Source: an uncultured Spirochaetia bacterium (GTDB lineage Bacteria; Spirochaetota; UBA6919; CAYPZJ01). From it: a stretch of DNA of 38,105 nucleotides. The stretch is from positions 1-38,105 of the forward strand of contig CAYPZJ010000002.1 in NCBI GenBank assembly GCA_964414635.1, given 5' to 3'. Under the pieces are notes generated by a model, which saw nothing but the letters and a program-made list of their open reading frames with translations, had not been told where the DNA came from and did not search any database. This document shows, piece by piece, positions 33,365-38,105 of this stretch. A program made the translations under genes and the position numbers. Every line of letters begins with the position of its first letter. The first letter of the stretch is position 1.

Positions 33365-36300
33365 ATGAGTTTTGTCCATCTCCATACGCATTCCGATTAT
33401 TCCCTAAAAGACTGTATCATAAACATTAAGGATATGGTCGCCCGTGTAAAAGAACAAGGTATGGAAGCGATTGCACTAACAGACCATGGAAACCTTTTTG
33501 GTGCGTTGGATTTTTTCGAGCATGCAAAACAGGAACAAATAAAGCCCATCATCGGGTGCGAATTGTATCTGGCAGAAGGATCCCGCTTCGACCGGAATTC
33601 CAGTTCCCATGATAAACACCGAAAGTACCACCATCTTATTCTTCTATGTCAAAATCAAACGGGATACAAAAATCTGATTAAACTATCCAGCATCGGATAC
33701 CTCGAGGGATTTTATTATAAACCCCAAATAGACAAAGAAGTACTAGCTGAATATAACGAAGGATTAATTGCGCTTTCTGCTTGTATCAAAGGGGAGATAC
33801 CATCCCTTCTTATTTCTGGTAGAGAAGAAGCTGCTCGGAAAGCCCTGGAAGAATACCTTTCCATTTTTGGTAACGATCGCTTTCTTATTGAGCTTCAACG
33901 CCACGGACTACCCGAAGAAAAAGAAGCGAATGGAGGATTAATCAAACTTGCGCAGGATTACGACTTGCGCTTAGTTGCCACTAATGATGCACATTACTTA
34001 CGGAAAGAAGATTACAAAGCCCATGAGATTCTGCTGTGCGTTGGGAGCCAAAAAACCATTAATGAAGACCATCTTACGTATCACGGGGATCAATTTTATT
34101 TAAAGTCGGAAGCAGAAATGCGGGATCTATTTACCGATATACCCGAAGCCATAGATAACACCCAGTGGGTGGCAGATCAATGTACCTTTGAATACACCTT
34201 TGATAAGTTCTATTTACCTAATGTAGCTATCCCAAAAGCCTATACCTATCAGGAATATCTCGAAAAAATAACCTGGGATGCATTACCTAACATTTACCCA
34301 GAAGGATATTCCCACGCAACACAAGCTGATATAAAGGAACGGTTGGAATTTGAATTAGCTGTTATTAACCAAATGAAGTTAGCCGAATATTTTTTGTGTG
34401 TTTTGGATATCATCAGTTGGTCACGTAATCAGGGCATTCTGGTAGGACCTGGGAGAGGGTCAGCTGCGGGTTGTATGGTATCGTATCTCATTGGGATTAC
34501 AACGGTGGATCCCATTCCGTTTAATCTTCTGTTTGAGCGGTTTTTGAATCCGGATCGAATTGGATTACCTGATATTGATACCGATTTTCAGGACGATCGA
34601 CGGGGAGAAGTAATCCAATATATCCGTGAAACCTATGGTGATGATAAAGTTGCAATGATTATCACATTTGGATCACTCAAAGCCCGGGCGGTAATTCGGG
34701 ATGTGGGTCGCGTCTTGGAAATCCCATTGAGTGAAGTGGATCGAATTGCCAAAATGATCCCTGGAGGACCCAAAGCATCGTTGAACTCCGCATGGGAAGA
34801 TGTTCCTGATCTGAGGGAACTTATTGCCTCCAAACCTCAATATGAAGAATTGTGGAATTACGCTCAAAAATTAGAAGGTGTGCGTCGTCATGCATCTACC
34901 CATGCTGCAGGGATTCTCATCGGGAATGAACCTTTGGATAAATTGGTGCCATTATACCGGGAATCCAAAACGGGACAGATTTCATCTCAATTTGAGGGGC
35001 AATATCTTGAAACCGCTGGGTTGGTGAAAATGGATATTTTGGGGTTACGCAATTTAACCACCATCACCAACTGCCTAAATTTGATCCGTAATCAGTATGG
35101 AATCGAAATTGATCTTGAAACCGTAGGATTTGATGATCCACTAACGTATGCGATGTTACAACGCGGGGAAGCATTGGGTGTATTTCAGTTGGAAGGATCT
35201 GGGATGCGGGGGCTTCTACGTGATTTGAAACCCGAAGTGTTAGAAGAAATCATAGCGTTAATTGCGCTGTATCGCCCGGGTGTATTAAAATCCAAGATGG
35301 ATCGCGAATTTGTAGAACGAAAACATGGGCGAGTCGAGGTAACCTATCCCCACGAAGATCTGCAAGATGTTTTGAAAGAAACCTATGGTATTATTGTTTA
35401 TCAAGAACAGGTAATGCTTATTTCCAGGTTGATAGCTGGATTTAGCCGGAGCGAAGCCGATCATTTGCGGAAAGCCATGGGTAAAAAACAAAAGGAGAAG
35501 ATGGTAAAATTCCGACAGCAGTTTATAAAAGGAGCCGTGGCAAATGGGTATGATAAAGAGCTAGCGGAATCCATATATGATATGATGGCACAATTTGCTG
35601 AATATGGATTTAACAAATCTCATGCCGCTGCGTATGGATATATTACCTATCGTACCGCGTATTTAAAAGCTAACTTCCCGGTGGCTTATATGACGGCTTT
35701 ACTAACAAACGAAGTCGAGACAACCGATAAAATAAATATTTACCTGGCGGAATGCCGAACAATGGGGATTGAAGTATTACCCCCCCATATCAACACGTCC
35801 GATGTTTTGTTTACTATTCAGAAAGGTAAATCCACCCAAACCACAGAACGACCCATTGGTTCAGGTGATCGTATCCAGTATGCGTTGGCTGCAATAAAGA
35901 ACGTAGGGCGCAAAGCGATGGAAGACTTAGTACAAGAGCGTACTGAAAACGGTCCTTATAAAAACCTCTATGATTTATGTGAACGGCTGAACCCCAAAAG
36001 TTTGAACCGTCGAACATTGGAATATCTAATCTATGCGGGAGCTTTGGATGGATTAGGAAGCACACGAAATGGTATGATTTCTGTGTTGGATGAAGCACTT
36101 AAATATGGGCAGCAGGGGCAGAATGAACGAAACACATCCCAGCTATCCCTGTTTGATGCGACAACGGCTACAACTGATGAATTGACTCCAACGATCCCCC
36201 ACGTACCCGAATATGACCAACGTACGTGCTTATCCTATGAAAAAAGTGCGCTGGGATTTTTCTTTTCTGATCACCCCTACCATGAAATATTGGAAGCCGT

Positions 36301-37012
36301 TAAAAAACGTGGGTTAGCGCTGTTGGATCTATCGGAGTTGGAATCCATAAAAAAAGATACGATTGGTGTCTTTTGTGCTGTGCTCCATGAATTTCAAATT
36401 GTGAAAAATGCAAAAGGAAAATTGTGGAGTCGGCTTCGGATAGGAAATCTTCAAGTTGAGGTAGAAGCCCTATTATTTGCTAATCAATTTGAACGATTCA
36501 AATCATTAATGGTGGAGGAACACACGTATTTGTTTCTGGCAACTGTTTCCGAACCAGAAAATAGGAAATTAATAATTGATGAATTATTCACCCATGATGA
36601 CGATTCTATTACAAAAGGAAACATCGCAAATCGGATAAAACAAGTGAAGCAGCGAAATCGTTTCATGGGTAGTAAGGAGGGGAAAATAATGAATCAACCA
36701 CGTATGCAAGACGCTCGTGCAGTTAGTAAAACCACATCAGAGTCGTCGAAACCTATTAGTACCACCAGTTTGCAGGGTTTTCATATTTGTCTTGTCGAAG
36801 ATGAGATGATACAAGGAACCCTTGAGGAAATACGTTCCTTAATTGATACACACAAAGGGAAACATGGCGTTTATTTTCATTTAGACGGAACGGGTAGTAC
36901 CGAACGCGTGATTCGTGCGGGTGATCAATTCTGTGTGGATGGTACCGATAGTCAGTTTAATAAATTATTAAAAAAGATGAGTCCGGTAAAGGATGCGTAT
37001 CTGGTGAACTAA
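33365..37012 (+). CDS. dnaE: DNA polymerase III alpha subunit
   Basis: PHP domain start MSFVHLHTHSDYSLKD. Other motifs GPGRGSAAG, DIDTDF, LGLLKMD-like (GLVKMDILGLRNL) and FNKSHAAAYG. The OB-fold region is present. 1215 aa. Confidence 0.97.
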   Translation: MSFVHLHTHSDYSLKDCIINIKDMVARVKEQGMEAIALTDHGNLFGALDFFEHAKQEQIKPIIGCELYLAEGSRFDRNSSSHDKHRKYHHLILLCQNQTGYKNLIKLSSIGYLEGFYYKPQIDKEVLAEYNEGLIALSACIKGEIPSLLISGREEAARKALEEYLSIFGNDRFLIELQRHGLPEEKEANGGLIKLAQDYDLRLVATNDAHYLRKEDYKAHEILLCVGSQKTINEDHLTYHGDQFYLKSEAEMRDLFTDIPEAIDNTQWVADQCTFEYTFDKFYLPNVAIPKAYTYQEYLEKITWDALPNIYPEGYSHATQADIKERLEFELAVINQMKLAEYFLCVLDIISWSRNQGILVGPGRGSAAGCMVSYLIGITTVDPIPFNLLFERFLNPDRIGLPDIDTDFQDDRRGEVIQYIRETYGDDKVAMIITFGSLKARAVIRDVGRVLEIPLSEVDRIAKMIPGGPKASLNSAWEDVPDLRELIASKPQYEELWNYAQKLEGVRRHASTHAAGILIGNEPLDKLVPLYRESKTGQISSQFEGQYLETAGLVKMDILGLRNLTTITNCLNLIRNQYGIEIDLETVGFDDPLTYAMLQRGEALGVFQLEGSGMRGLLRDLKPEVLEEIIALIALYRPGVLKSKMDREFVERKHGRVEVTYPHEDLQDVLKETYGIIVYQEQVMLISRLIAGFSRSEADHLRKAMGKKQKEKMVKFRQQFIKGAVANGYDKELAESIYDMMAQFAEYGFNKSHAAAYGYITYRTAYLKANFPVAYMTALLTNEVETTDKINIYLAECRTMGIEVLPPHINTSDVLFTIQKGKSTQTTERPIGSGDRIQYALAAIKNVGRKAMEDLVQERTENGPYKNLYDLCERLNPKSLNRRTLEYLIYAGALDGLGSTRNGMISVLDEALKYGQQGQNERNTSQLSLFDATTATTDELTPTIPHVPEYDQRTCLSYEKSALGFFFSDHPYHEILEAVKKRGLALLDLSELESIKKDTIGVFCAVLHEFQIVKNAKGKLWSRLRIGNLQVEVEALLFANQFERFKSLMVEEHTYLFLATVSEPENRKLIIDELFTHDDDSITKGNIANRIKQVKQRNRFMGSKEGKIMNQPRMQDARAVSKTTSESSKPISTTSLQGFHICLVEDEMIQGTLEEIRSLIDTHKGKHGVYFHLDGTGSTERVIRAGDQFCVDGTDSQFNKLLKKMSPVKDAYLVN

Positions 37013-37035
37013 CGTTATAGCATCACCTCGTTCCG

Positions 37036-38040
37036 TTACACACCCAACCCTGAAGACTTATAACCCTGTTCTCGGAGGCTTTCCTCCCGACGGTAGGCAG
37101 TTCGCGCCTCATCAATTTTATGTAGGACGGATAAGGTGTTTCCCATATTTTTCCAAAAAATGGGATCATCCGGGTTATGTTTGATTGCCTGAAGAAAAGC
37201 ATGTTCCGCTTGGTGGTATTCCTTTTTAAACCAATAGGTCATTCCCAGGTTATTCCAAAAAAGTGGATGAGACGGTGTGCATTGAACTGCTTTTTGAAAC
37301 ATCTGTTCGGCGTGATCGTAGTGTTCTTGGATGAAATATAAATCACCAAGATTATTCCAATAAATCCCGTTATCCGGTTTCAACCGAATGGTTTCACGGC
37401 ATGCTTTTTCCGCTTCGGGATAGTTTTCCTGGAGATACATCAGCCATCCGTAATTATTCCAATACACCGCATTTTCGGTTTCGAGTTGAAAAACTCGCTG
37501 ATAGACCTGTTCTGCTTTTAAAAAATCCCCAAGAGATACGAGAATAAATCCATATGTATCATAATAATCAGGATCCGTTTTCACCCACTCTAAGATACAT
37601 TCCATTTGGATACAACCTGAGTGGACTAATTCTGCTTGGGTCAAAATGGATTCCGCCACGTGATCAAATTCTGCTTCTGCTTCTTGATACTTTTCCTGGT
37701 ATTCTAATGTTTTACATAAATAAAGCCAGTAAAGCAATTCATCGGGATTCCCATCCACCAAATGCCGAAAAAGGGCTTCTGCTTCCGTATATTTCTTCTG
37801 TTTAAAAAGTGACAACGCTAGATAATACGAATAACGCAATATGGTGCTATAATGTTGAACCATCAAACGAAAGACGCGTTCACTTTCTTTATAATCTTCT
37901 GCTACTAAGGCATTTAATCCCAAATAAAAAAGGTAATAGGAATTCAAAGGATCCGTTTCAAGCTCAGCAAGACAGGTTTCTCGTGTGATGGATTTAAAAT
38001 CATTAAGTGCTTGGAGGCAATCGTCCCGTGATAAATTCAT
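37036..38040 (-). CDS. TPR-repeat protein (334 aa, no signal peptide)
   Basis: Repeated 34-aa units with the signatures AVYWNNYGWLMY, GIYWNNLGDLYF, PLFWNNLGMTYW and PIFWKNMGNTL, each followed by Y..AE..F..A....P. Confidence 0.85.
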   Translation of the reverse strand: MNLSRDDCLQALNDFKSITRETCLAELETDPLNSYYLFYLGLNALVAEDYKESERVFRLMVQHYSTILRYSYYLALSLFKQKKYTEAEALFRHLVDGNPDELLYWLYLCKTLEYQEKYQEAEAEFDHVAESILTQAELVHSGCIQMECILEWVKTDPDYYDTYGFILVSLGDFLKAEQVYQRVFQLETENAVYWNNYGWLMYLQENYPEAEKACRETIRLKPDNGIYWNNLGDLYFIQEHYDHAEQMFQKAVQCTPSHPLFWNNLGMTYWFKKEYHQAEHAFLQAIKHNPDDPIFWKNMGNTLSVLHKIDEARTAYRREESLREQGYKSSGLGV

Positions 38041-38105
38041 AGCATTCTCTTTCCCTTACGAATAAAAATATGACTAAATATCCTTACCTGTAACTTTTCC
38101 AAGAT

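Noticed and set aside
1-38105. A search by eye for CRISPR arrays, tRNA/rRNA genes, transposases, integrases, phage genes and long terminal inverted repeats.
   Set aside because: I found none. There are no regularly spaced repeats, no cloverleaf-like intergenic segment and no recombinase-like ORF. A tRNAscan, Infernal and ISfinder run would be needed to be certain.

Overview
This 38.1-kb window is bacterial chromosome. By eye the GC content is in the low to mid 40s percent. AGGAG-type Shine-Dalgarno sites are frequent, and many proteins carry a Cys lipobox. I count about 30 protein-coding genes and see no rRNA, tRNA, CRISPR array, transposase or integrase.

The backbone is housekeeping: pta-ackA, metG, der-gpsA, dnaE, ltaE, and a pdaD/speH pair of pyruvoyl decarboxylases for polyamine synthesis. 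Secreted or lipoprotein repeat proteins are interspersed among these (HEAT, Kelch, NHL, TPR, YD-like, CARDB-like). There is also an S33-type alpha/beta hydrolase, an M24 peptidase, a GlxA-type AraC regulator and a MATE exporter.

The items most worth a second look are:
1. A tightly packed cupin / xylose-isomerase-like TIM barrel / Gfo-Idh-MocA / DUF2961 (GH172)-TPR operon (24927-28492). It looks like an uncharacterised oxidative glycoside-processing module.
2. An iron-ADH-fold protein in which all four canonical metal ligands and the GGGS NAD motif are replaced (21557-22705).
3. A 36-bp near-perfect palindrome with a CTGT-N8-ACAG (SOS-box-like) core, lying on the promoter of a GyrI/SbmC-like gene (10711-10779).
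4. A minimal nucleotidyltransferase gene with an unannotated, overlapping 54-codon ORF. A structured, repeat-flanked spacer precedes it (20634-21527).
5. A 12-codon upstream ORF in the long leader of the MATE gene.

Everything rests on reading the sequence and on motif recall. No database search was possible, so the functional calls for non-housekeeping genes are hypotheses.
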